NCBI GenBank assembly: GCA_963718615.1
Contig: OY970368.1
Coordinates: 3,872,001 to 3,936,000, forward strand
DNA length: 64,000 nucleotides
Source of the DNA: an uncultured cyanobacterium
GTDB lineage: Bacteria; Cyanobacteriota; Cyanobacteriia; PCC-9006; JAAUQQ01
Reading direction: 5' to 3'
Shown here: piece by piece, positions 54,170 to 64,000 of the stretch
Layout of the letters: the number at the start of each line of letters is the position of its first letter
Position numbering within the stretch: the stretch's first letter is position 1
Made by a program: the position numbers and the translations under genes
Notes under the pieces: generated by a model
Databases searched by the model: none
Told to the model about the DNA's origin: nothing
What the model saw: only the letters and a program-made list of their open reading frames with translations

Positions 54170-54871
54170 TTAGAGATCCAGGGATTCATAGGCCGCCTGG
54201 GCCGCAGCCTGCTGAGCCGCTTTAATCGAACGTCCCTTACCAGACCCCAAGCACTGGCCCCGCAGCCAAACCTCTGACCTAAAGCGTTCCCCATCGTCAT
54301 GGATCAGGCTCGATTCCTCCGTACGATATTCCGGGAGTTCCTTGTATTGCCCCTGGCTCCACTCTTGCAGCGCCGCTTTGTAGTTTTGTCGGGCAGGATC
54401 TCGGCGAATTTCCTCAGACAAAGGTTTTAGGTGGGTATCGAGCCAGGGGGAAACGTAGCGAAGATCCTGACTGCTCAGAAACAAAGCCCCCATGACCGCT
54501 TCCAGAGCGTCTGCCAAACGGCTGGTGGTGCCCGCGCGATCGCTCGCCGCACTGGGGGCCATGAGTAGATATCGCTCTAGGCTGTAGGTTTTGGCAATTT
54601 GGGCCAGGATGCGATCGCTCACCAAAATCGACCGTAACGCCGCCAGTTCGCCCACCGCTGCCGAGCCATAGGTCGTCGTCAAATATTGGGCGCAGGCCAA
54701 CCGCACTACCGCATCCCCCACAAACTCCAGATGCTCATAGTTTGACGTCTGGGAAGCCGTTGGATGGGTCAGCGCCTGATCCAGCAATCCCCACTGCACG
54801 TCCTGCGGATCCGAAAGACCCAGCTTTTGAAGAAGACCTTGCAGTTGTTTTTGCCGTCGAGGGTCAATCAC
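54170..54871 (-). CDS. rnc: Ribonuclease III
   Basis: ALTHPT...NYEHLEFVGDAV, LADALEA, dsRBD NYKAALQEWSQ...G.GRSIKAAQQAAA. Confidence 0.92.
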   Translation of the reverse strand: MIDPRRQKQLQGLLQKLGLSDPQDVQWGLLDQALTHPTASQTSNYEHLEFVGDAVVRLACAQYLTTTYGSAAVGELAALRSILVSDRILAQIAKTYSLERYLLMAPSAASDRAGTTSRLADALEAVMGALFLSSQDLRYVSPWLDTHLKPLSEEIRRDPARQNYKAALQEWSQGQYKELPEYRTEESSLIHDDGERFRSEVWLRGQCLGSGKGRSIKAAQQAAAQAAYESLDL

Positions 54872-54959
54872 GTCACGCCAACTCCATGAAAACCCCTGTC
54901 ATCATACCGGGGTAGCTGGCGAGGAATCAAAAGGTCATATCAGGGTCATACCAGGGTCA

Positions 54960-55526
54960 TTACAGGGCAATGAGCGACGACCGGCTGCCCTGGAAGAAAT
55001 GAGGAATCACCTTCGGGGTCAGCGGCAGTGGCTGGGGCTCCGGAGCCGCCAGATGGGCAAATTGGACATAGCTCCAATATTCGCTGCCTTGAATTTCTTC
55101 AGGAATTTGAATCCCGAGAGCGTCGTAGTGCTGACGATGGACCACTGCCATGGTTTGGGGAAATACCCCCACCAGCTTGGCCAAGACCTCTAGGGGCAAG
55201 GATGCCACCGCCTTGGGCTCAAAAAAGGCATCAAAGCTCGACAACAAAGCTTCGGCGCGCCCAGTCGGTCGGGCTTTCTCCGTCACCTTCTTGAGCCAAT
55301 ACATCCACTGGATCCGCCGCCGATAGGCGGCTTGCTGATCTTCAGCAGACTCTAACGTCACCAGTTCCCACTTGTTGCCAATGGCGATCGCCTGTTGACA
55401 ATCAAAATCGCAGGGCCGCCCAACCGCCGCACCGGGACCTGCAAACTCAGCATGGTAAGTCTTGCAGAGAATTAGGCCATTGCGGCGCTGGGCACTCAGG
55501 GCTGTAAAGGGGGATTCTTGGTACAC
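54960..55526 (-). CDS. Conserved cyanobacterial hypothetical protein (Crp-like remnant)
   Basis: RRNGLILCK..HAEFAGPGAAVG, RRIQW, LAKLVGV.PQT HTH-like; GTG start. Confidence 0.65.
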   Translation of the reverse strand: MYQESPFTALSAQRRNGLILCKTYHAEFAGPGAAVGRPCDFDCQQAIAIGNKWELVTLESAEDQQAAYRRRIQWMYWLKKVTEKARPTGRAEALLSSFDAFFEPKAVASLPLEVLAKLVGVFPQTMAVVHRQHYDALGIQIPEEIQGSEYWSYVQFAHLAAPEPQPLPLTPKVIPHFFQGSRSSLIAL

Positions 55527-55926
55527 AGTTCTTTATATGGCTATCGTCAGAACTCACGAATCGAGAAACGCATTGCTCCGACGCCCCTGATGCAAGAAGG
55601 ATCTGAACTCCTAACTACTAAAACAGGGCAACCTGCTTTTAAAAGGGATCAGGACCCAGTCTTCGCGGAATCTACACGATTAATCCTGGCTATCTGAAAA
55701 AACGATAAACCGCTAATCGCATTGTTCCCGAGTTTTCTACGCATCCATCACCCCTCCATGGTAACCGTACACTGTGTTTCTCTTGTTACAAGTACGGTCT
55801 ATTGGTGGCCTATTCTAGAATGCGATCGCAGGGCTGGCGAAGGTCTTTGGCCCCTGAGGAGAGCGAACCCGCACCACCCCCTCATCTAGAGCCGGATGGG
55901 TAATGATTCAAACTAAATAATGGAAT

Positions 55927-56314
55927 GGAAAAGTCGGACATAAGCCGGGTTCTGTTCCCCGCTTTCCGAAGAAAACGGAGGGCAGTTATCTATCTGGGAC
56001 AGCGGTTACCCGACGCCTCAAGCGGTGCTCTCATGACGGAACAGGCAAAAGACCAACCCTTGTTCCAACGACCTTGCTCCCAACCGGGGTTTACCGAGCC
56101 AGCACCTCTCAATGCTGCTGGTGCGCTCTTACCGCACCTTTGCACCCTTACCTGTGAAGTCTAGACTTCCATCGGCGGTATGTTTCTGTGGCACTCTCCT
56201 CACGGTCACCCGCACTGGGCGTTACCCAGCAAGTTTGGTCTTTCGGGAGCCCGGACTTTCCTCAGACTGGGTCAGCGATGCCGCCCAGCCCGCAACTGCC
56301 TCGCCAACTTTTCC
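55927..56314 (-). ncRNA. rnpB: RNase P RNA
   Basis: Minus strand GAGGAAAGTCCGGGCTCCC ... AACAGAACCCGGCTTATGTC; paired termini GGAAAAGTT/GACTTTTCC. Confidence 0.96.
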
Positions 56315-56510
56315 TCTTCTCAGTGTACTAAAGCGTCTCGCGGAAACCCGACAGTCCCTAGGAAGTTTTTGAACATCACTGCTTTATCCTCAGCTCCTGC
56401 CCTAAGTGTTTGTACGGTTTTTATATCCTCAAGGAAAATAGGAAGATCCGGAAAACTTTATAAATTTCCCCCAATCTTCCGAAGTTTTACGGATGCCATC
56501 TAGATATGAC

Positions 56511-58742
56511 TTATTTAGTACGGTCTTGGCGTTGCAAGGCCCGAACCAGCTTGATTTCGTCATAGCTATAGCGTTTTCCCAGGTGTTCCCAGAGATTTCC
56601 TAGGGAAGCCAGACCGACGGTTTCGATCGCCTGATTAATCTCCGCCTGGGCTTCGGGCTTCACCAAGCCTTCAAGATTGGCAATGCGCCGATTTTCGATC
56701 AGCAACGCTAGGTGATTGGCCACGGTTTCGGGTCTAATTTCCCGATGGGCTGCAATTTCGGCGGGGCTATAGCCTTCCTGGAAGAGCGCAAGGGTTTGGA
56801 GGTGAGTGTGGGTCACATGGGCGCGCCGGATTTCTACGGCTGGGCCAGCGTCCAGCGTGGGCGGTGTGGGATCCAGGCCCATATCCCGGCAATACTGGCG
56901 GATTTCAGCGATGAAGCGATCGCCATACTGCTCCAACTTATGACTCCCCACCCCTGAAATTCGGCCAAAGGCATTGAGGGTTTGGGGCCGCTGCTGGGCC
57001 ATGAGGCGCAGGCTAGAATCCGAGAAAACCACATAGGGGGCCACATTTTGTTCGTTGGCAATTTGTTTGCGCAGCTTTCGTAACCGTTCAAACAATTGTT
57101 CGATTTCGATCTGAGTACTGCTGACGGTGGGTCCATCGGCACTGTCGAGGTGATTGGGAATCGCAACTTGGACAGACCGCTGTTTGCGCAGGACTTCCCA
57201 ACTGCCTTCGTTGAGTTTGAGGACCGGATAGCCGTCTTGGGTTTCGCTGAGGAGGTTTTGGTGGAGGAGCGATCGCCCCAGCAACCGCCACTGGTCTACG
57301 GTCCTGTCCTTGCCAATCCCGTGGGTGGAAAGCTGGTCATGGCCGAGTTCTTTGATGCGCTGCTTTTTGGAGCCCCGCAAAACGTCGATAATATGGGCCA
57401 TGCCAAATCGCTCTTTGCAGCGGGCCACACAGGAAAGGAATTTCTGGGCCTCGATAGTCCAGTCTTCCATCGGCGGTGGATTGACGCAGTTGTCGCACTG
57501 ACCGCAGTTCACCGTAAAGCGTTCGCCAAAATAGCCGAGCTGAATCGTGCGGCGGCAGCTAGAACTTTCGGCGTAGTCTACGACCTGGCGGAGCTGCTGG
57601 CGGGCGATGCGCTGTTCATGCTCCAAAGGATCACCGGTTTGCGGATCAACCTTTTGGTCAATAATCCATTCAATTCGTTTGATGTCGCCGGGATTAAAAA
57701 ACAGCGTGCAGCGAGCTGGGTCATTATCCCGTCCGGCACGGCCTGATTCTTGGTAATAGCCTTCGATATTGCGAGGCAAATCATAGTGAATCACAAACCG
57801 GACGTCGGGCTTATTGATCCCCATGCCAAAGGCCACGGTGGCGACCATCACCTGCACATCGTCGCGGATAAATCGCCGCTGGTTTTCGGTGCGGACAGTA
57901 TCGCTCAATCCCGCATGGTAGGGCAGGGCAGAGATACCGCTTTGCTGTAGGCGATCGGCGGTTTCTTCAACCCGCTTGCGACTGAGGCAATAAACAATCC
58001 CCGACCCACCGTCCTGCTGGCGAATCAACCGGAGGACATCGGCAAAGGCGTTCTGGGCCTTGGGCAGAACTTCATAGTAGAGATTGGTGCGGTTGAAGCT
58101 GGCAACATGGACAAACGGGTCCCGGAGCTGGAGTTGCTGACAGATATCTTCCCGGACGCGCTCGGTGGCGGTGGCGGTGAGGGCAAGACAGGGCACATAG
58201 GGGTAGCGTTGGCGTAGCTGGGCCAGTTGGCGATACTCGGGTCGGAAGTCGTGGCCCCATTCGGAAAGACAGTGGGCTTCGTCGATGGCGAAGGCGGAGA
58301 GGCCGATGCTGTCGTGAATTTCATCGAGGAAGGGAAGGAAGTTTTGATTGAGCAAGCGCTCAGGGGCAACGTAGAGCAGTTTGATTTTGCCGTCGCGCAG
58401 ATCGTTTTGGCGCGATCGCGCCTCCTCTCCACTCAAGCTGCTATTCAAAAACGTCGCCGCAATCCCATTGCGCTGTAGCTGCTCCACCTGGTCCTGCATC
58501 AGGGCGATTAGCGGCGACACCACCACCATCAGCCCCGATTTGAGCAGCGCGGGTAGCTGAAAACATAGGGATTTACCGCCCCCCGTGGGCATGATCACCA
58601 GGGAATCCTGATTGTTCAGCGCCGCTTCAATAATTTGCTGTTGTCCCGGTCGAAACTGCTCGTAGCCATAAAAATGCTTCAGAGCATGCTCAAGGGTGGG
58701 AAAGGCAAGGGGAAGCGATGCGGGCATCTGAGCAGTAAACAT
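56511..58742 (-). CDS. recQ: DNA helicase RecQ
   Basis: MPTGGGKSLCFQ, DEAHC.SEWGHDFRP, ATVAFGMGINKPDVR, QESGRAGRD, RQC and HRDC domains. Confidence 0.96.
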   Translation of the reverse strand: MFTAQMPASLPLAFPTLEHALKHFYGYEQFRPGQQQIIEAALNNQDSLVIMPTGGGKSLCFQLPALLKSGLMVVVSPLIALMQDQVEQLQRNGIAATFLNSSLSGEEARSRQNDLRDGKIKLLYVAPERLLNQNFLPFLDEIHDSIGLSAFAIDEAHCLSEWGHDFRPEYRQLAQLRQRYPYVPCLALTATATERVREDICQQLQLRDPFVHVASFNRTNLYYEVLPKAQNAFADVLRLIRQQDGGSGIVYCLSRKRVEETADRLQQSGISALPYHAGLSDTVRTENQRRFIRDDVQVMVATVAFGMGINKPDVRFVIHYDLPRNIEGYYQESGRAGRDNDPARCTLFFNPGDIKRIEWIIDQKVDPQTGDPLEHEQRIARQQLRQVVDYAESSSCRRTIQLGYFGERFTVNCGQCDNCVNPPPMEDWTIEAQKFLSCVARCKERFGMAHIIDVLRGSKKQRIKELGHDQLSTHGIGKDRTVDQWRLLGRSLLHQNLLSETQDGYPVLKLNEGSWEVLRKQRSVQVAIPNHLDSADGPTVSSTQIEIEQLFERLRKLRKQIANEQNVAPYVVFSDSSLRLMAQQRPQTLNAFGRISGVGSHKLEQYGDRFIAEIRQYCRDMGLDPTPPTLDAGPAVEIRRAHVTHTHLQTLALFQEGYSPAEIAAHREIRPETVANHLALLIENRRIANLEGLVKPEAQAEINQAIETVGLASLGNLWEHLGKRYSYDEIKLVRALQRQDRTK

Positions 58743-58869
58743 AGGGAACGAAGAACCTCTCTGAATTTATCATTTAGTAGAGGAACCGCTGCTCTACTTT
58801 AGTAAGCCCATACCAGTCTTTGCAGCGACCATCAAGTCTCACTTTTTTTTGGAGAATGCCTTGACTACG

Positions 58870-59931
58870 ATGCGCTCTGGCGATCGCCCAAATCCCCCCC
58901 CCCTTCCTCACCCCCATCTCCAATCTCCCCTGACCATCGGCAACGTCCAGGTCCAGAGTCGTGTCCTTCAGTCCCCCCTCTCCGGCGTCACTGACCTGGT
59001 TTTTCGTCGTCTGGTGCGTCGCTATGCCCCCGACTCCATGACCTACACCGAAATGGTCCATGCCTCGGGCATCTGCTCAGCCCGCAAGCTGGACAAGGTC
59101 ATGGATATCGACCCCGACGAACAGCCCATCAGCATTCAGCTCTTCGATTGCCGCCCGGACTTCATGGCCGAAGCCGCCGAAAAAGCCGTTGCGGAGGGAG
59201 CACTCACCATCGACCTCAACATGGGCTGTCCCGTCAATAAAATTACCCGTAAGGGCGGGGGCTCCTCGCTGTTGCGGCAGCCTGAGGTGGCTGAAGCCAT
59301 TGTTCGAGCGGTGGTCCAAGCGGTTGCTGTGCCCGTCACCGTCAAAACCCGCATCGGCTGGGATGATGACGAAATCAATATTGTCGACTTTGCCCAACGC
59401 CTAGAAGCCGCCGGAGCCCAGATGCTGACAATCCACGCCCGTACCCGTGCTCAGGGGTATACCGGTTCGGCGCGGTGGGAATGGATCAAGACCGTTAAGG
59501 AAACCGTTGGGATTCCGGTGATTGCCAATGGGGATATTGATTCTGTGGAGGCGGCGATCGCCTGTCTCCACCAAACCCAAGCCGACGGGGTCATGTGCTC
59601 CCGCGCCACCCTCGGCAACCCCTTCCTAGTGGGAGACATCGACCACGCCCTCAAAACGGGCCACAAACGGCCTGCCCCGACCCTGGCGGAACAATTGGAC
59701 TGTGCGGAAGAACACTTGCGATCGCTCTGGGCCTACAAAGGTCAGCGAGGACTCTTCCAAGCCCGCAAACACATGACCTGGTATGTCAAAGGCTTTAGCG
59801 GCTCAGGGGATTTGCGCCAAAAGCTCTCTCGCATGGACTCCCTCGACGAGGGCCTAATACTCCTAGAACAGGCAAAAGTCACGGCACAAGCATCAAACCA
59901 TAGCGTTTTGCAAGGGAACGCAAAGAATTGA
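58870..59931 (+). CDS. dusB: tRNA-dihydrouridine synthase B
   Basis: QSPLSGVTD, DLNMGCPVNK, VTVKTRIGW, IHARTRAQ, VIANGDI. Confidence 0.9.
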   Translation: MRSGDRPNPPPLPHPHLQSPLTIGNVQVQSRVLQSPLSGVTDLVFRRLVRRYAPDSMTYTEMVHASGICSARKLDKVMDIDPDEQPISIQLFDCRPDFMAEAAEKAVAEGALTIDLNMGCPVNKITRKGGGSSLLRQPEVAEAIVRAVVQAVAVPVTVKTRIGWDDDEINIVDFAQRLEAAGAQMLTIHARTRAQGYTGSARWEWIKTVKETVGIPVIANGDIDSVEAAIACLHQTQADGVMCSRATLGNPFLVGDIDHALKTGHKRPAPTLAEQLDCAEEHLRSLWAYKGQRGLFQARKHMTWYVKGFSGSGDLRQKLSRMDSLDEGLILLEQAKVTAQASNHSVLQGNAKN

Positions 59932-60072
59932 TGACTTTAATAGAATTTATCTTGCCTTATATGAAAGATTATTGCGAAGAAAACAATTATGTCGCGTTTT
60001 TCGTTGCTTTCCAGTGGGAATTCGCTATGGTAGTGCGTAGGCAGAAATCTAAAGAAAAAATTAAGGTCAACC

Positions 60073-60294
60073 ATGAACCCTTCCATCCTTCGTCAGTTTT
60101 GGTCCCTCGTTGAAAGTTCACAAGCCACCCTGCTGCTCCAACTCGACGATCTAAGCCTTTCCTCTTGGCTCCTAGATCAGCTCGCCACTGAAATGCCCCT
60201 AAACGGCAACGAAGAAATAGTTATCAATTGCTACATTCAAAACAAACTCACCCTCGTGCGTGATCTGGCTCAGGCTCGACTGGGCAGCTGCTAG
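60073..60294 (+). CDS. Small conserved cyanobacterial hypothetical protein
   Basis: MNPSILRQFWSLVE...LL.LDD..L..WLL...YI..KL.LVRDLA pattern. Confidence 0.7.
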   Translation: MNPSILRQFWSLVESSQATLLLQLDDLSLSSWLLDQLATEMPLNGNEEIVINCYIQNKLTLVRDLAQARLGSC

Positions 60295-60610
60295 GTCGGG
60301 ATAGTGCTCTTAGCACCTCAGCTCGAAGACGGCATCACTGAAGGCTGCCCTGATTCGCAACCCACAAAGTTCAAGCATCTCTACATAGCCAGCCTGTCTC
60401 CATATCTGAATCTGACAAGACTACAATATCTGACAAGACTAACCTCTCAAACGTCTTCCTTGGGGAAATGGTGTTCAAACCATCAGCTCTCAACCCCTAA
60501 AGAGTTCCTATCAGTACGTTTCTTCTCCTCAGTTTTTCCCTTCGCTCTAGGCTAGATTTCTGCATCCCTGTCCTGTTAAAAACGGGGCTTTTTTTTATTC
60601 AATTCTTGGG

Positions 60611-60666
60611 CTAAATACCTTTGACTAGAATACTTTGACTAAAAATACTTTTACTAAATACTTTGA
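60611..60666. repeat. Four imperfect 13-15-bp tandem repeats (CTAAATACTTTGA-like)
   Basis: ctaaatacctttga / ctagaatactttga / ctaaaaatactttta / ctaaatactttga. Confidence 0.75.
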
Positions 60667-60968
60667 CCAACAATTAATCAATCGTTATTCCTAGGGAAAT
60701 CATTGAGGGAAATCATTGAAGAATCAATCTAGCGTCATAACGACTATAAAGCCAGGCTGCTCATGGGTAAAACTCCTATCTTAATATTTTTTTATATTTT
60801 GTAGCTGCTGTAACAGTGAACCTCAAATGCCCATGGTTTCTTGCAGGAGGGAAGAAGGATCGAGCGGATTTCAAGCCGAGTTAAATCTTAATTAATCTTG
60901 ATTTCCTATGCAGAAAAGGCGTAGCATTCTTCCTGAATTGTCATAGCAAATAGAGTGTGCGGGGTTCT

Positions 60969-62054
60969 ATGGGTAAGAGGAGTTTACGGTTGATCACAGC
61001 ATTGATGCTGGTAACACCCTTGGTGGCCTGTACCACGGCCCCCAGTGGTGACAGCAGCAATTCAGGCCCAGGGGCAGCCACTGCTAATGGACCAAGCCGT
61101 TTGGAAACGGTCAAAAATCGGGGCAAGCTGCTCTGCGGTGTTGAGGGCACCATTCCGGGCTTTAGCTTTGTCGACACCGACGGTAAGTATTCCGGGCTCG
61201 ATGTGGACACCTGTCGGGCGGTTGCCGCCGCAGTATTTGGCACCGCTGAAGATATTGACAGCAAAATTGAATACCGCAACCTAGATTCCACCGCCCGTTT
61301 CCCAGCACTGCAAAATGGCGAAGTAGACGTGCTGGCCCGGAACACGACTTGGACCCTGAGTCGCGATGCGTCCGGCGGCAATGGTCTGGAGTTTGTGCCC
61401 ACGACGTTCTATGACGGCCAAGGGATTTTGGCCCGCAAAGACAGTGGCGTCACTTCGCTCAAGGATATGGAGGGCAAGTCCATCTGCGTGGAAACCGGGA
61501 CAACCACGGAGCTTAACCTTGCCACCCGCAGTACTGAGCTGGGGATTACGGTAAGCGAGGTCAAGTTCCAAGATTCCAATGCTACGTTTGCCGCCTACGA
61601 AGAGGGTCGTTGCGAGGCGATTACTTCTGACCGCTCCCAACTTGCAGCGAAGCGGACGGGCTTGTCTAATCCCGATGACCATGTGCTGCTAGATGACGTG
61701 CTCTCGAAGGAGCCCCTCGGTCCTGTAACGATTAACAACGATTCCGCTTGGTTTGACGTGGTCAAGTGGGTCACCTATGGCCTGATCCAAGCCGAAGAGT
61801 TTGGCATCACCCAGGCCAACGTCGAGGAAAAGGTTAGCGATAAGAGTCCAGATGTCAAGCTCTTCTTGGGCAGTGAGGGGGACTTGGGCAAGCAGTTGGG
61901 TCTGCCGGCCAACTTCATGGTCAATGCGGTGAAAGCTGTGGGGAACTACGGTGAGGTTTACGATCGCAACATCGGAGAAGTTCTCAGCATCGATCGGGGT
62001 CAGAATAAGCTCTGGACCGATGGCGGCTTGATGTATTCTCCGCCGTTCCGCTAA
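60969..62054 (+). CDS. natF: Amino-acid ABC transporter substrate-binding lipoprotein (NatF/AapJ-like)
   Basis: Lipobox LVAC, RNTTWTLSRD, FYDGQG, SKEPLGP, VGNYGEVYDRN, GGLMYSPPFR. Confidence 0.85.
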   Translation: MGKRSLRLITALMLVTPLVACTTAPSGDSSNSGPGAATANGPSRLETVKNRGKLLCGVEGTIPGFSFVDTDGKYSGLDVDTCRAVAAAVFGTAEDIDSKIEYRNLDSTARFPALQNGEVDVLARNTTWTLSRDASGGNGLEFVPTTFYDGQGILARKDSGVTSLKDMEGKSICVETGTTTELNLATRSTELGITVSEVKFQDSNATFAAYEEGRCEAITSDRSQLAAKRTGLSNPDDHVLLDDVLSKEPLGPVTINNDSAWFDVVKWVTYGLIQAEEFGITQANVEEKVSDKSPDVKLFLGSEGDLGKQLGLPANFMVNAVKAVGNYGEVYDRNIGEVLSIDRGQNKLWTDGGLMYSPPFR

Positions 62055-62097
62055 AAATTGGTGGCGCGATCGCCCGTTAAAAGCGATCGCTTCAACC

Positions 62098-62129
62098 AGA
62101 GGGGCTTTGCATGCAAGGCCCCTCTTTTT
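62098..62129 (+). terminator. Intercistronic hairpin/terminator after the substrate-binding gene
   Basis: AGAGGGGCTTTGC-AT-GCAAGGCCCCTCT followed by TTTT. Confidence 0.7.
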
Positions 62130-62248
62130 GCTCAACCTGAGCCGTCCCCTGGGCGATCGCGTAGTAGATTACTCAGTACATTGCTTAGTGCATTGCTGAG
62201 TCCATTACGCCTCAGCTTGCTTGTTTTAGAGCGTTCAGGACCGAATCC

Positions 62249-63445
62249 ATGACAGCACCGGACGATCCCGCTGACCGTTGGCAACCCCATGCTTTGCGGT
62301 CTGCAAAGCCACCGCTCTGGCGTGATGAGCGCTTTTGGAAAATCCTCTTCCAGGTTTTGGCGGTGGTGATTGTAGGCAGTCTCTTAGCGATCGCCATCAC
62401 CAACCTCAATCGCAACCTCGCTCAGCAAGGCCGTAGCTTTGAGTTCGGCTTTTTGGGCAATGCGGCGGGATTTAATATTGGTGAGGCGATCGTGCCCTTT
62501 ACCCGCGATGACCCCTATTGGTGGGGATTTGCCGTCGGGCTCATCAACACGATTCGGCTGATCTTGCTGGCCATTCCCCTCGCGACGGTCTTCGGCGTCA
62601 TTGCAGGGGTGGCGAGTTTCTCTAGCAACTGGCTACTGCGCAAGCTCAGCCTGCTCTACGTTGAGGTCATGCGGAATCTTCCCATTCTGCTTGTGCTCTT
62701 CATTTGGTATTTTGTCGTCTTTTTTGGGCTCTCCGAAAAGGACGCAGTAACCCAGCTCTCCAGTGCCTTGGCAATTAGTAAAAAGGGGATTTGGGTGCCC
62801 TGGCCTGCGAGTCCCAATGCGGGGCTGTGGGCGCTGGTGTTGGTTGCCTTGGCGATCGCCGCAACCCTACTCTGGCGCTGGCGAATCAAAATCATGACCG
62901 AGCAAGCCGTCTCGGGTCAGCCTCAGCTCTATGGCCTATTGGGCATGGGCGTGGTGGGTCTTTTGATCTTTTTCTTCGGTTTGGGCTGGCAAATTCCTCA
63001 AGTGGAGGGGACCAATGTCGATCGGGGCCTCAAGGCGACGCTGGAGTACAGCGCGATGTTGATGGCGTTAGCCGCCCACACCGGAGCTTTTATCGCCGAG
63101 GTGGTTCGGGGGGGCATCCAGTCGGTCTCTAAGGGCCAGTGGGAAGCGGCCCGAGCCATGGGGCTGGGCAATACCCAGGTGATGCGCCTGGTGGTCTTAC
63201 CCCAATCCCTACGGGTGATTGTGCCGTCGTTGAATAGTCAGTACATCACGCTCAACAAAAACTCCAGTTTGGCCCTGGCGATCGGCTATCCCGAAATCTT
63301 TTCTATCTCTCAAACCACGCTCAATCAGACGGGACGGGCGGTAGAAATTTTGCTTCTCGTGACGATTGTATTTTTGATCTTGAACTTTTTGACCTCGTTG
63401 ATCATGAACCGCATTAATACGCTGGTTCAAATCCAAGAGCGCTGA
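62249..63445 (+). CDS. natG: Amino-acid ABC transporter permease (NatG/AapQ-like)
   Basis: PLWRDERF, AGFNIGE, FIAEVVRGGIQSVSKGQWEAA (EAA loop), KNSSLA. Confidence 0.85.
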   Translation: MTAPDDPADRWQPHALRSAKPPLWRDERFWKILFQVLAVVIVGSLLAIAITNLNRNLAQQGRSFEFGFLGNAAGFNIGEAIVPFTRDDPYWWGFAVGLINTIRLILLAIPLATVFGVIAGVASFSSNWLLRKLSLLYVEVMRNLPILLVLFIWYFVVFFGLSEKDAVTQLSSALAISKKGIWVPWPASPNAGLWALVLVALAIAATLLWRWRIKIMTEQAVSGQPQLYGLLGMGVVGLLIFFFGLGWQIPQVEGTNVDRGLKATLEYSAMLMALAAHTGAFIAEVVRGGIQSVSKGQWEAARAMGLGNTQVMRLVVLPQSLRVIVPSLNSQYITLNKNSSLALAIGYPEIFSISQTTLNQTGRAVEILLLVTIVFLILNFLTSLIMNRINTLVQIQER

Positions 63446-63458
63446 AGCCTGATATTCT

Positions 63459-64000
63459 ATGACTCCTGCAACCCCTTCCCGCACCAGTGCCCCTCCGGCG
63501 ATCGCCCAACCCACCCCGATCGCCTGGCTCAAAGAAAATCTCTTTAGCACCTGGTACAACGGCATTATTACGGTGGTCCTGCTATTTTTAATCGGCAGAA
63601 CCTTAATCAGCACCCTCGACTGGGCCTTGCATGCGGCCCGTTGGGCGGTCATCCCCGAAAACCTCAAGCTCTATATGACGGGCCTGTTTCCCGTGGAGCA
63701 GCTTTGGCGGGTCTGGGCTTTGCTGGGGATGATCTGCGGACTAGCGGGGTTAACCTGGGGCGTCTTGGCCCGGAATGTGCCTCGGCTATTTGGACCATCG
63801 GTGCTGTTTGGGGCGGGGGCGATCGCCCTGTTCACGATGTGGGTCCCAACTTCCCTCCCCAATCGTTTGCTGCTCCTAGGATTTGAAATCCTCGTCTTAG
63901 CGGGAGCCTGGGGCGGACGGCGACTCAGCCGCACCCAGCCGAAACTGGCCCAGTGGCTCCCTGCGGCTTGGACGGTATCCTTTTTTGTGGCCCTTTGGTT
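63459..64000 (+). CDS. natH: Amino-acid ABC transporter permease (NatH/AapM-like), runs off the window end
   Basis: MTPATP...WLKENLFSTWYNGIIT...ARWAVIPENLKLYMTGLFPVEQLWRVW; open to 64000. Confidence 0.8.
   Translation, partial: MTPATPSRTSAPPAIAQPTPIAWLKENLFSTWYNGIITVVLLFLIGRTLISTLDWALHAARWAVIPENLKLYMTGLFPVEQLWRVWALLGMICGLAGLTWGVLARNVPRLFGPSVLFGAGAIALFTMWVPTSLPNRLLLLGFEILVLAGAWGGRRLSRTQPKLAQWLPAAWTVSFFVALW

Noticed and set aside
55925-56503. ORFs of 79-107 aa on the + strand
   Set aside because: They overlap rnpB on the opposite strand

Overview
Cyanobacterial chromosomal window; the HIP1 octamer GCGATCGC is abundant in the core genes. It opens with a complete minus-strand rRNA operon (16S, tRNA-Ile, tRNA-Ala, 23S, 5S). 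Housekeeping genes follow: glyQ, comEC, tRNA-Ser, a glycosyltransferase/gmd/fcl cluster, lepB, menD/menB, ndhF4-cupB with a divergent stand-alone rbcX, sphR/sphS, pseudouridine synthases, rodZ, malQ, mutS, cysH, rnc, rnpB, recQ, dusB and a NatFGH/AapJQM-type amino-acid ABC transporter. Two accessory patches stand out. (1) About 35.0-38.6 kb is AT-rich and I saw no HIP1 in it. It contains five tandem ~41-bp palindromic units leading into an attI-like site, then two integron-type gene cassettes of unknown function with one canonical attC and one truncated attC. A 5' group II intron fragment and an internally deleted IS5-family remnant follow. I could recognise no integrase in the window. (2) About 47.6-50.3 kb holds a 76-bp direct repeat bracketing a decayed UPF0175/DUF3368 pair and a Uma2 gene, next to an LRR gene that stops where a Roc-COR domain would normally begin. 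All family calls come from motif recognition by eye; no database searches were run.
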